DNA from: an uncultured bacterium
GTDB lineage: Bacteria; Hydrothermota; UBA3073; NMUJ01; CBEVQO01
NCBI GenBank assembly: GCA_965552055.1
Contig: CBEVQO010000002.1
Coordinates: 64,001 to 128,000, forward strand
DNA: 64,000 bases
Direction: 5' to 3'
The notes beneath the pieces were generated by a model. It was not told the DNA's origin, searched no databases, and saw only the letters and a list, made by a program, of their open reading frames with translations. A program made the translations under genes and the position numbers. Shown here piece after piece: positions 50,597 through 59,715 of this stretch (its first letter is position 1; each line of letters begins with the position of its first letter).

Positions 50597-51716
50597 ATCT
50601 ACCTCCCCTTTTAGATTTGATTTTTACATTTAATTCGCCATTTTTTACATCGACAATTATTTTGCCTTCTTTTTGCTGACCGAATATTTCAAATGACATT
50701 TCTTCGAGATGACGCATTATAACGCTTTCTATCGCTCTTGCCCCTGTCTGACGCCTTACAGCTTCTTCTACAATGAAATCTTCTGCACGGGGAGTAATAC
50801 GAATCTCAAATCCTTCTTCCTGAAATTCGTTTTTCACCTCCTTCAGTTTCAAATGCAATATTTCTTTTAATGTCTTTTTATCAAGTGGCTCAAAAACAAT
50901 AATTCTCTGAAAGCGGGCAATGAGTTCTGGCAGAAATCCATAAGATTGAAACTTTGTTACATCTTCGGCGGTATACTGGTCTATTTCGTATGCTATTTTA
51001 TTTTCCACACTTTTTATTTCTTTTAAGAAACCTATTTCCTTTTTAACACTGTGGGTTAAAAATCCGCTAAATGCTCCTATTGCGAAAAATAAGATATTTG
51101 AAGTATCGATGTGACCTTCGAGTGACAAATCGTCTCTTCCGTAACTTACTTTAGAGCCTTCAACGAGTTTTAGTAATTCGCGCTGAACCCCGTATCCTGA
51201 TACATCCTTTGTCGTACCAGCACCGGCAAATCTAATATTGCTGTGACAACCCGCTATCTTGTCAAATTCATCTATCGCAACTACTCCGAATTTCGCAAGA
51301 AGCACATTGCCATGTGCAGCCTCTATCAATTTGTAAGGTATATTTAACACACTTTCGCCAACATAACCAGTTTCGGAATATTTCGTGATATCAATTATCA
51401 CATAAGGTAGTTTTAAAATTTTACCGAATAACAGTTCTATTATATAGGTCTTGCCGCATCCAGTTGGTCCCATCAATAAATAATTTGTCTTTGGTGGTAG
51501 ATTTTTCTTTTCTCCGCTTAATATTTTCTTTACTCTTTTGAAATGGCGATATGCAGCTACGCACATAGCTTTGCGAGCACGCTCCTGACCTCTGTAGCCA
51601 AGTTCCTCCAGCTTTTGATAAAGCTCCTGAGGAGTATAAAGCGGAGCAGACAGGAGTTTATTTATCGCAGCCTCATTTGCCTCAATATGTTCTCTATATC
51701 GATAAAATGGCTTCAT
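50586..51716 (-). CDS. ClpX-like AAA+ ATPase lacking the N-terminal zinc-binding domain
   Basis: GPTGCGKT, ETGYVGE, IDEFDK, DVSGYGVQRELLK, IGF loop, PELIARF and TGARA motifs. Confidence 0.88.
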   Translation of the reverse strand: MKPFYRYREHIEANEAAINKLLSAPLYTPQELYQKLEELGYRGQERARKAMCVAAYRHFKRVKKILSGEKKNLPPKTNYLLMGPTGCGKTYIIELLFGKILKLPYVIIDITKYSETGYVGESVLNIPYKLIEAAHGNVLLAKFGVVAIDEFDKIAGCHSNIRFAGAGTTKDVSGYGVQRELLKLVEGSKVSYGRDDLSLEGHIDTSNILFFAIGAFSGFLTHSVKKEIGFLKEIKSVENKIAYEIDQYTAEDVTKFQSYGFLPELIARFQRIIVFEPLDKKTLKEILHLKLKEVKNEFQEEGFEIRITPRAEDFIVEEAVRRQTGARAIESVIMRHLEEMSFEIFGQQKEGKIIVDVKNGELNVKIKSKRGGRYVD

Positions 51717-51746
51717 TTCACCTCCCCTTATATTATTACCTATTTC

Positions 51747-54593
51747 TCAAGTTTTCTTACATAACTTTTCTAAATTTCCAAACAAATTTGTTTTCCTTTC
51801 TTTGATGGAAGAATGATGTATCTCCAGTAGTTTTGAAATATCTTCTTCTGTGATCAAATAAACACGATTGCGTGCCCTTGTTACGGCAGTATAAAGCATC
51901 TCACGGGTTAAAAAACTTTTGCTTAATCCTTTTGGAATTACAACTATCACATTGTCAAAATCACTACCCTGACTCTTATGGATGGTAATCGCATAAGCGT
52001 AATCAAGTTGTGAGAATTCATTTCTCTTATATTTAACCTCCCGATTTAAACAATGAAAATATATTTTCCGCTTTTTCACATAGATTTCTTTATCTTTCAC
52101 ATAGCCTATCATACCATTGAAAACCCATTTATCATAATTATTTACATTTTGGATAACCTTATCCTTTATTTTTTCTCTACACCAGAAATCATTCACATAC
52201 ATTTCGTCCTTCAATTCATCTGGTATAAATTTTGATTCACTCCTTATAAAATGATTTATCAATAAAGATGAAATTCTTCCTTTTTGACGGGTAGGTGTCA
52301 AAATTTCGAGTGCATCTTTTATGACCTCAAATTCAAAGAAATCGCCTTCACCATACTCTTCCATTATAACTTCTATTGCTTTTTCGATTTCTCCTTTTAT
52401 ATCTCCTTTCCCTATATGTTTAACAGTAACAACGGGTTTTCCTTCCTCATTTTTCAAACTATAAATCTCACCTTTAATTTCGTCACCGATTTTTATCCGT
52501 TCTTTACTTTGCATCATTTCTCTGAGAACTTTAATTTTCTCTCTTTCGGGTACACTTTCGAGGAAAAGTTTTGAGAATTCGGTTATTTTCTTTTGATTTG
52601 CTCTATAAATTTTACTCAATTCAACTATTTTGCCTTTTCCTGTATTTTTAAAGAAATTGTAAATATCATGAAATGGCTTGCCTGCCTCTACCGGGGGCAA
52701 TTGATTTACATCTCCCACAAATATAATGTGTTCCAGTGTATGCTTTTTTATTATCCTGAATAAATCTGCAAGCAATGATGTGCCAACCATTGATGCCTCA
52801 TCAATTATGAGTGCATGTATAGACAATTTTTTATCTTCTGGTATTCTCCTTTTTAAAACATAATAATCAAAATCAAAAAATTCTTTCATCTCTTGGGCAA
52901 TCAATCTATGAATTGTTGTTGCTTTTTCTCCTCCTATTTCTTTATTTATTTTTACAGTTGCTTTACCTGTTGGAGCCACGATTCTAACTTTTGCAAGTCC
53001 ATTTATCTGCAATGTATTTACTATTGCCCCAATTGTATGTGTCTTACCGCTCCCAGCAGGTCCAGTCAAAATACTAACATTAGAACTCAATACCTCTCTT
53101 ACTGCTGATATTTGCTCCAAATCAAATTTATCATCTTCGGGATACCTGTAGCCGATAGTGCCTTTTTTGAGTAATTCCTTTATCATTTCTTCTATTAGTT
53201 TTTCATCTTCTTTTACATCCTTCAAAGTAAAAATAATATCTTCTTCTCTTCTCTCAATTTCTACCTTTTCTCTGATGTAATCTTCGTATTGAGTAATCTT
53301 TTCAATAAAAGTATCAATGTCCATCGAAAGTTTTTCTCCTTTTTCCTTTAAATCGTTTAATGTAATAGAGGTATTGCCTTTTTTGAGTTCCTCTTTTAAA
53401 ATCTTTATGAGTAAAGCCCTTATTCTTTCTTTTGAGTAAGGAGAATAAAATCTTTTTCTGTATTTTTGCTCCCAGTTGTCTATCTCATCAAATGTTATAG
53501 GATGAATATCTTCTTTTGGATTGTAAATCATTTCTTCGCACAATAAATAAGGATTATTCTTTTCAACGAGATTTTTAATGTTTATAAAATTCTTTCTGAT
53601 TTGTTTCTTTATCTCTACCAGTTGTGATGGTAAAATTTCGTAATAAATTGCATAATCGTATAAGAATTTATGGAAATTATCGTTTTTGTGTATGATTTTT
53701 TCAAGTTCTTTTCTCATTTCTTCTTCACCTTCTTCTCCTTTTTCTTCCCATTTTGTAATGAATTGGGAGTATATTTCTCCAAAAGGCTCTTTGCCTTCCT
53801 TCAGCACATACATAACCGCTGGTAAGCCCGGATAAATAAATTTTCTGCCCTCAAGTTCCTCCAGTGCCATCTGAATCCGTGCAGGAAATTCTTCAAGCCT
53901 TAAAGCATCTTTTCTGAAATCCATATCTTCAATATATGCTTTTAGTTTCCCATCATCGTATTGTAAGATTTTCTCCAATTTTTTCAACGCCTCTTTAAGT
54001 ATAACACATGAAATTTCTGTTACAACGAAGTTTGCCATATTGCTAAAATATAACTTCCATTCGGGTCTAATATCAAGAACAAGGTCATCGGGAAAATCCT
54101 TGCCATATTCTTCAAAGTATTCTATCATCTCCTGATACGGAAGGATAAAAATTATATCTTCGGGCTTGAACTCAAAATCTATGAGTAACCCCTTTTTATC
54201 TTCTTTTAATTTTATATCGGAAGCTTTTGCACATCCTACTATTATTCTATTTTCGGAAAGTGGATTTTCACGGCAATAAAAGAATAAATAAGTACCTTTA
54301 CCCATCCTGCTTAAAAATTGATAAGTTTCTTCTTTTCTTAATCCTTTTATTCCGAAAAATTTACTGCTTCCTTTAAATTCACTGAAGAGTCCTATTTCCC
54401 ATACACAAGCTTCCCAGTTTAATGGAGGTTTTTTATCGGCAAATTCACCGCATCTTAATCTATCTCTGCTATATTTTCCGCGTCTTATATGCGAAAATGA
54501 TTCGCAATATTTATTCGCTAGCGGATTCCTGCAAATCCGCCCATTCCAGCCACTATCATGCCAGCATATAAGTATGGTAAGACATTTCATCAT
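51747..54593 (-). CDS. RecD-like SF1B helicase with an N-terminal WHD/Cys domain, no C-terminal nuclease
   Basis: WHDSGWNGRICRNP..N.YC; GPAGSGKT, DEASM and YAITIHKSQGSD; start reset to the ATG at 54593 after GGAGG. Confidence 0.88.
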   Translation of the reverse strand: MMKCLTILICWHDSGWNGRICRNPLANKYCESFSHIRRGKYSRDRLRCGEFADKKPPLNWEACVWEIGLFSEFKGSSKFFGIKGLRKEETYQFLSRMGKGTYLFFYCRENPLSENRIIVGCAKASDIKLKEDKKGLLIDFEFKPEDIIFILPYQEMIEYFEEYGKDFPDDLVLDIRPEWKLYFSNMANFVVTEISCVILKEALKKLEKILQYDDGKLKAYIEDMDFRKDALRLEEFPARIQMALEELEGRKFIYPGLPAVMYVLKEGKEPFGEIYSQFITKWEEKGEEGEEEMRKELEKIIHKNDNFHKFLYDYAIYYEILPSQLVEIKKQIRKNFINIKNLVEKNNPYLLCEEMIYNPKEDIHPITFDEIDNWEQKYRKRFYSPYSKERIRALLIKILKEELKKGNTSITLNDLKEKGEKLSMDIDTFIEKITQYEDYIREKVEIERREEDIIFTLKDVKEDEKLIEEMIKELLKKGTIGYRYPEDDKFDLEQISAVREVLSSNVSILTGPAGSGKTHTIGAIVNTLQINGLAKVRIVAPTGKATVKINKEIGGEKATTIHRLIAQEMKEFFDFDYYVLKRRIPEDKKLSIHALIIDEASMVGTSLLADLFRIIKKHTLEHIIFVGDVNQLPPVEAGKPFHDIYNFFKNTGKGKIVELSKIYRANQKKITEFSKLFLESVPEREKIKVLREMMQSKERIKIGDEIKGEIYSLKNEEGKPVVTVKHIGKGDIKGEIEKAIEVIMEEYGEGDFFEFEVIKDALEILTPTRQKGRISSLLINHFIRSESKFIPDELKDEMYVNDFWCREKIKDKVIQNVNNYDKWVFNGMIGYVKDKEIYVKKRKIYFHCLNREVKYKRNEFSQLDYAYAITIHKSQGSDFDNVIVVIPKGLSKSFLTREMLYTAVTRARNRVYLITEEDISKLLEIHHSSIKERKTNLFGNLEKLCKKT

Positions 54594-54624
54594 AGCGGCA
54601 CCTCCATTACTATCTTCTCTCCTT

Positions 54625-55323
54625 TCAAATATCCAAAAATTTTGTCGTTCGTTTGACAGCGTTTTCAATCTCTCTCATATCCTGTGCTGTTAGCGGAGGA
54701 GAATATATACCCCTTACCACCCACAATCCCGATTTTCTTATTTCCCATTTCGGAGAATGTAACCCAAGCCAGTTAGAGGAAGGTTTACATAGCGAACAAT
54801 TTGCCAAAGTACCTATGAGCTTGTTTTCTATCTCTTTCCTGTTGCTTTCATTATCCCATAAAATAAACCTGAAACTGAATTGAGTGCGCAATATTTGGGT
54901 TATTTTTTCTTCTATTTCTTTCTCTTTTTCAATATCTCTCAAGTGACCGAATCTCTCTCGATTTTTTCTTGGAGTAAAATCAATTTCCCATACTTCGAGA
55001 TATGGGTCGTTTTCTCGATTCAACAATGCCCTGCCTAAATTTTTTCTAAAGATACTTCTATCGGAAGGTTTCGGTTTATTTCTATTCCATTCTGTTCTCC
55101 TATTTATAAGAAAATGGTCAGCGATGCGTGATTTAAAATTTTCTTTCTTATGTGTGCCAACACGAACAATCCTCATCTTTTCGCCACCATGTCCCCATTT
55201 CTCTCCTTCTTCATAGAAAAAATAAATTCCACTATCGGGTAGTGTAACAATATCAAAAGGATACTTTATTACAGGTAGTGTCTCCAGAATTTCATGTAAC
55301 CATTTACATTTTTCTTCTATCAT
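54625..55323 (-). CDS. GIY-YIG-like nuclease
   Basis: GIYFFY...RVGTH...SRIADH...SIFRK...E..LI pattern. Confidence 0.6.
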   Translation of the reverse strand: MIEEKCKWLHEILETLPVIKYPFDIVTLPDSGIYFFYEEGEKWGHGGEKMRIVRVGTHKKENFKSRIADHFLINRRTEWNRNKPKPSDRSIFRKNLGRALLNRENDPYLEVWEIDFTPRKNRERFGHLRDIEKEKEIEEKITQILRTQFSFRFILWDNESNRKEIENKLIGTLANCSLCKPSSNWLGLHSPKWEIRKSGLWVVRGIYSPPLTAQDMREIENAVKRTTKFLDI

Positions 55324-55347
55324 CGTTCCTCCTTATTATTAAATCTT

Positions 55348-55554
55348 TTATTCCTGTTCGACTTTGGGTTCCCAATTTCCGCACACTTCGTTATCTCTCC
55401 TTTTATCCTGCCAGTATCCGCACCAGCCCTCTGCAGATGTTTCGCCCTCTTCACAGGTAACTTCAATATACCCTGTCGCAGGATTGTAGTAACTGCCACT
55501 AAAATATTTGCAAGTAGCACAACATCTTATATCTGGTCTGATTGAATAACGCAT
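55348..55554 (-). CDS. Small Cys-rich, putatively metal-binding protein
   Basis: CCATC..C..C..C; AAGGAGGGG RBS; TAATG overlap. Confidence 0.7.
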   Translation of the reverse strand: MRYSIRPDIRCCATCKYFSGSYYNPATGYIEVTCEEGETSAEGWCGYWQDKRRDNEVCGNWEPKVEQE

Positions 55555-56330
55555 TACCCCTCCTTTTTTATTTTTACAAGTTTTTCACCTATTTCCTTTA
55601 TCCCCAATTTTTCAAAATATTTAATGATTTCGCTCGGTGTCAGGGGTGCTATCTGCCATATTAAACTATCAAGATGCAACATTGTTATTCTTTTATCGTT
55701 TTTCCTGATTTCAGTTAAAATCTCTGTCCATACTTGCCTTATTTCTTCATCCGATTGTATGCCAAATAACTCTTTGGTAAATTTTCTGACCCTTGAATCA
55801 ACCGGAATGGGAATCGGTGTAAAATCAAAATTGTGCTCACCTTTTATTAACAGTGCGATACCGAGGCATTTCATCGCAAAACAAATTGTTTTCGCAGATT
55901 TATTCTGCCCCATTATAAAAGCAAGTTTATTCCATATATTCAGGAAATCTGTTGCAATACTTTGTGGAGTGCTTTCCCATATTTCTCTTGCAAGTTCACT
56001 TCTAAAATATTTTTCAAGGCGATTTAATTTTGCTGTTCTCATTCTTTCATTTTCGTAGAATCTTGCAAGATAAAGATGAAGTTCTTTTAATGTGGAAGGT
56101 GCAGGTAGATTCTGGAGTTTCTGTCTTATCACGGGCCAGTATGCTATTTCTGCTTTGCCTTTTAGCTGATAATCATTCAGTCCCACAGCGAGCATAAGAT
56201 TTGCGAATGCACCGAATTTGTATCTGTCAGCAAATATGTGAAGATGCTTCCACTCGGGCTCATTATGTACAATGCTGTCCCATGCATTATAAGGTATTTG
56301 ACCCAATATTTTGGCAATTTCTCCTTTCAT
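55554..56330 (-). CDS. N-glycosylase/DNA lyase (archaeal AGOG-like)
   Basis: YQLKGKAE..YW, KTICFAMK, IPIPVDSRV and HLDSLIW motifs. Confidence 0.82.
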   Translation of the reverse strand: MKGEIAKILGQIPYNAWDSIVHNEPEWKHLHIFADRYKFGAFANLMLAVGLNDYQLKGKAEIAYWPVIRQKLQNLPAPSTLKELHLYLARFYENERMRTAKLNRLEKYFRSELAREIWESTPQSIATDFLNIWNKLAFIMGQNKSAKTICFAMKCLGIALLIKGEHNFDFTPIPIPVDSRVRKFTKELFGIQSDEEIRQVWTEILTEIRKNDKRITMLHLDSLIWQIAPLTPSEIIKYFEKLGIKEIGEKLVKIKKEG

Positions 56331-56342
56331 TTCACCCCTCTT

Positions 56343-59300
56343 TTATTTAAATTTTATTTCTTTTACTTTTTTATCCGATACATCGTAAAACTCAATCACT
56401 TCTAATCGAGGGAATTTTTCTTTTGTTATTTTACTCACATCGCAATCTTCATCAACTTTTAATCTTTTTATATTTTTAGGTAATTTTTCGGGGTCAATTG
56501 AACTAATTTTTATCGGCCAAACTCTCCTCATATCAACTTCTTCTACTTCATCAAGTTTACTTAAATCAATATCATGCGCACCTATTCTTTTAACACTTCG
56601 AGGTATAACATCGTAGGTTAACTTCTTTAAAGGTGTTTTCCTAACATCAAGTTCTTCAAGTTCTTCCATTCCGCTCAAATCTATTTCTCTCAAATTTTCA
56701 CATCTATAAGCATCTATCCTTTTCACTCTCTTTGGTAACTTTCTGTAATCAAGAGAGGTTATGGAAGTCCAGCTTACATCAAGTTCTTCAATCTCTTCAA
56801 GTTCACTCAAATCTATATCACCTGCTCCTATTTTCTTTACACTACGCGGTATAACATAATAGGTCAACTTCTTTAAAGGGGTTTCCCTTACATCAAGCAC
56901 TTCAAGTCCTTCCACCCCGCTCAAATCTATTTCTCTCAAATTTTCGCACCGCCAAGCATCTATCCTTTTCACTCTCTTTGGTAACTTCCTGTAATCAAGA
57001 GAAGTTATGGAAGTCCATCTTACATCAAGCTCTTCAAGTTCTTCCATTCCACTCAAATTCATTTCTCTCAGATTTTTGCATCCGGAAGCATTTATCCGCC
57101 TCACTCTCTTTGGTAACTTTCTGTAATCAAGAGAGGTTATGGAAGTCCTGCTTACATCAAGTTCTTCAATCTCTTCGAGTTCACTTAAATCTATATCACC
57201 TGCTCCTATTTTCTTCACACTGCGGGGTATAACATCATAGGTCAACTTCTTTAAAGATGTTTCCCTAACATCAAGCTCTTCGATTCCTTCAATCCTGCTC
57301 AAATCTATTTCTTTCAGATTTTCGCACTCATAGACATCTATCCTTTTCACTCTCTTTGGCAATTTCCTGTAATCAAGAGAGGTTACGGAAGTCCTGCTTA
57401 TATTAAGTTCCGCAAGTCCTTCCATTCCACTCAAATCTATTTCTCTTAGATTTTGGCAGTAAGAAGCATCTATCCTTTTTACTTTCTCTGGTAACTTTCT
57501 GTAATCAAGAGAGGTTATGGAAGTCCAGCTTACGTCAAGTTCTTCAAGTTCTTCAAGTTCACTCAAATCTATATCACCTGCTCCTATTTTCTTTACACTG
57601 CGGGGTATAACATCATAGGTCAACTTCTTTAAAGGTGTTTCCTTCACATCAAGTTTTTCAAGCCCTTCAATTCCACTCAAATCTATTTCTCTCAAATTTT
57701 TACACTTGGAGGCATATATCATTTTCACTCTCTTTGGCAATTTATTAAGAGAAGTTATGGAAGTCCTGCTTACATCAAGTTCTTCAAGCCCTTCCATCCT
57801 ACTCAAATCTATTTTTATCAGATTTTCGCACCGACGAGCATCTATCCTTTTAACTTTCTTTGGTAATTTCTTGTAATTAAGAGAAGTTATGGAAGTCCTA
57901 CTCACATCAAGTACTTCAAGTTCTTCCATTCTGCTCAAATCTATTCCTTTCAAATTTTCGCAGTCGGAAGCATTTATCATTTTCACTCTTTTCGGTAACT
58001 TCCTGTAATCAAGAGAGGTTATGGGAGTCTCATTTACATAAAGTTCTTCAAGTTCTTCCATTCCGCTCAAATCTATTTCTCTCAAATTTTCGCATTCAGG
58101 GGCATGCATCATTTTCACTCTCTTTGGTAACTTCCTGTAATCAAGAGAGGTTATGGGAGTCCAGCTTACATCAAGCACTTCAAGTTCTTCAAGTTCACTC
58201 AAATCTATATCACCTGCTCCTATTATCTTCACACTTCGAGGTATAACATCATAGGTCAGCTTCTTTAAATGTGTTTCCCTCACATCAAGCACTTCAAGTC
58301 CTTCAATTCCACTCAAATCTATTTCTCTCAGATTTTTGCAGTAAGAAGCATCTATCATTTTCACTCTCTTTGGTAACTTTCTGTAATCAAGAGAGGTTAT
58401 GGAAGTCACGCTTACATCAAGTTCATCAAGTTCTTCGAGCTTTTCAATTCCACTCAAATCTATTTCTCTGAGATTTTCGCACCACGAAGCATCTATCTTT
58501 TTCACTCTTTTTGGTAATTTCTTGTAATCAAGAGAGGTTATGGAAGTCCTGCTTACATCAAGTTCTTCAATCTCTTCAAGTTCACTTAAATCTATATCAC
58601 CTGCTCCTATTTTCTTCACACTGCGAGGTATAACATCATAGGTCAACTTCTTTAAAGGTGTTTCCCTCACATCAAGTTCTTCAAGCCCTTCAATTCCGCT
58701 CAAATCTATTTCTTTCAAATTTTCGCAGTCGGAAGCATTTATCTTTTTCACTCTTTTTGGTAATTTCCGGTAATCAAGAGAGGTTATGGAAGTCCCGCTT
58801 ACATTAAGTGTTTCAAGTTCTTTCATTCCACTCAAATCTATTTCTCTGAGATTTTTGCATCCAGAAGCATCTATCCATTTCACTCTCTTTGGTAATTTCT
58901 TAAGAGAGGTTATGGAAGTCCTACTCACATTAAGCACTTCGAGTTCTTCCACCCCGCTCAAATCTATTTCTTTCAAATTTTCGCAGTCGGAAGCATTTAT
59001 CTTTTTCACTCTTTTTGGTAATTTCCGGTAATCAAGAGAGGTTATGGAAGTCCCGCTTACATTAAGTGTTTCAAGTTCTTTCATTCCACTCAAATCTATT
59101 TCTCTGAGATTTTTGCATCCAGAAGCATCTATCCATTTCACTCTCTTTGGTAATTTCTTAAGAGAGGTTATGGAAGTCCTACTCACATTAAGCACTTCGA
59201 GTTCTTCCATTCCGCTCAAATCTATTTCTTTCAAATTTTCGCACCACGAAGCATCTATCTTTTTCACTCTCTTTGGTGACTTTCTGTAATCAAGAGAGGT

Positions 59301-59702
59301 TATGGAAGTCCCGCTTACATTAAGTTCTTCAAGTTCTTCAAATTCACTCAAATCTATTTCACCTGCTCTTATTCTCTTCACACTTCGAGGTATGACATCA
59401 CAGGTCAACTTCTTTAAAGGTGTTTCTCTCACATCAAGTTCTTCAAGTTCTTCCATTCCGCTCAAATCTATTTCTCTCAAATTTTCGCATCCATAAGCAT
59501 CTATCTTTTTCACTCTCTTTGGTAACTTTCTGTAATCAAGAGAGGTTATAGAAGTCTCGCTCACATCAAGTTCCTTAATTTCTTCGAGTTTATGCAGGTC
59601 ATCGCTTTCATACACTTCTGCATCTTCTATACGCAATTCTCTAATGAATTCATCCCATACCACTTTGACTCCCCACTTTTTCAAAAATTCTTCCATTTTC
59701 AT
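56343..59702 (-). CDS. Large cytoplasmic leucine-rich repeat protein
   Basis: Dozens of alternating LxxLDVSxTSITSL / VxxIDAxxCxNLxEIDL repeats; no signal peptide. Confidence 0.93.
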   Translation of the reverse strand: MKMEEFLKKWGVKVVWDEFIRELRIEDAEVYESDDLHKLEEIKELDVSETSITSLDYRKLPKRVKKIDAYGCENLREIDLSGMEELEELDVRETPLKKLTCDVIPRSVKRIRAGEIDLSEFEELEELNVSGTSITSLDYRKSPKRVKKIDASWCENLKEIDLSGMEELEVLNVSRTSITSLKKLPKRVKWIDASGCKNLREIDLSGMKELETLNVSGTSITSLDYRKLPKRVKKINASDCENLKEIDLSGVEELEVLNVSRTSITSLKKLPKRVKWIDASGCKNLREIDLSGMKELETLNVSGTSITSLDYRKLPKRVKKINASDCENLKEIDLSGIEGLEELDVRETPLKKLTYDVIPRSVKKIGAGDIDLSELEEIEELDVSRTSITSLDYKKLPKRVKKIDASWCENLREIDLSGIEKLEELDELDVSVTSITSLDYRKLPKRVKMIDASYCKNLREIDLSGIEGLEVLDVRETHLKKLTYDVIPRSVKIIGAGDIDLSELEELEVLDVSWTPITSLDYRKLPKRVKMMHAPECENLREIDLSGMEELEELYVNETPITSLDYRKLPKRVKMINASDCENLKGIDLSRMEELEVLDVSRTSITSLNYKKLPKKVKRIDARRCENLIKIDLSRMEGLEELDVSRTSITSLNKLPKRVKMIYASKCKNLREIDLSGIEGLEKLDVKETPLKKLTYDVIPRSVKKIGAGDIDLSELEELEELDVSWTSITSLDYRKLPEKVKRIDASYCQNLREIDLSGMEGLAELNISRTSVTSLDYRKLPKRVKRIDVYECENLKEIDLSRIEGIEELDVRETSLKKLTYDVIPRSVKKIGAGDIDLSELEEIEELDVSRTSITSLDYRKLPKRVRRINASGCKNLREMNLSGMEELEELDVRWTSITSLDYRKLPKRVKRIDAWRCENLREIDLSGVEGLEVLDVRETPLKKLTYYVIPRSVKKIGAGDIDLSELEEIEELDVSWTSITSLDYRKLPKRVKRIDAYRCENLREIDLSGMEELEELDVRKTPLKKLTYDVIPRSVKRIGAHDIDLSKLDEVEEVDMRRVWPIKISSIDPEKLPKNIKRLKVDEDCDVSKITKEKFPRLEVIEFYDVSDKKVKEIKFK
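58696..59243. repeat. Near-perfect 258-bp tandem duplication inside the LRR gene
   Basis: Units begin at 58696 and 58954; shadow ORFs at 58786 and 59044 are near-identical. Confidence 0.9.
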
Positions 59703-59715
59703 TTTACCCCTCCCA

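Noticed and set aside
55320..55520. 66-aa alternative-frame ORF
   Set aside because: Overlaps the Cys-rich ORF 55348-55554, which has the RBS and translational coupling
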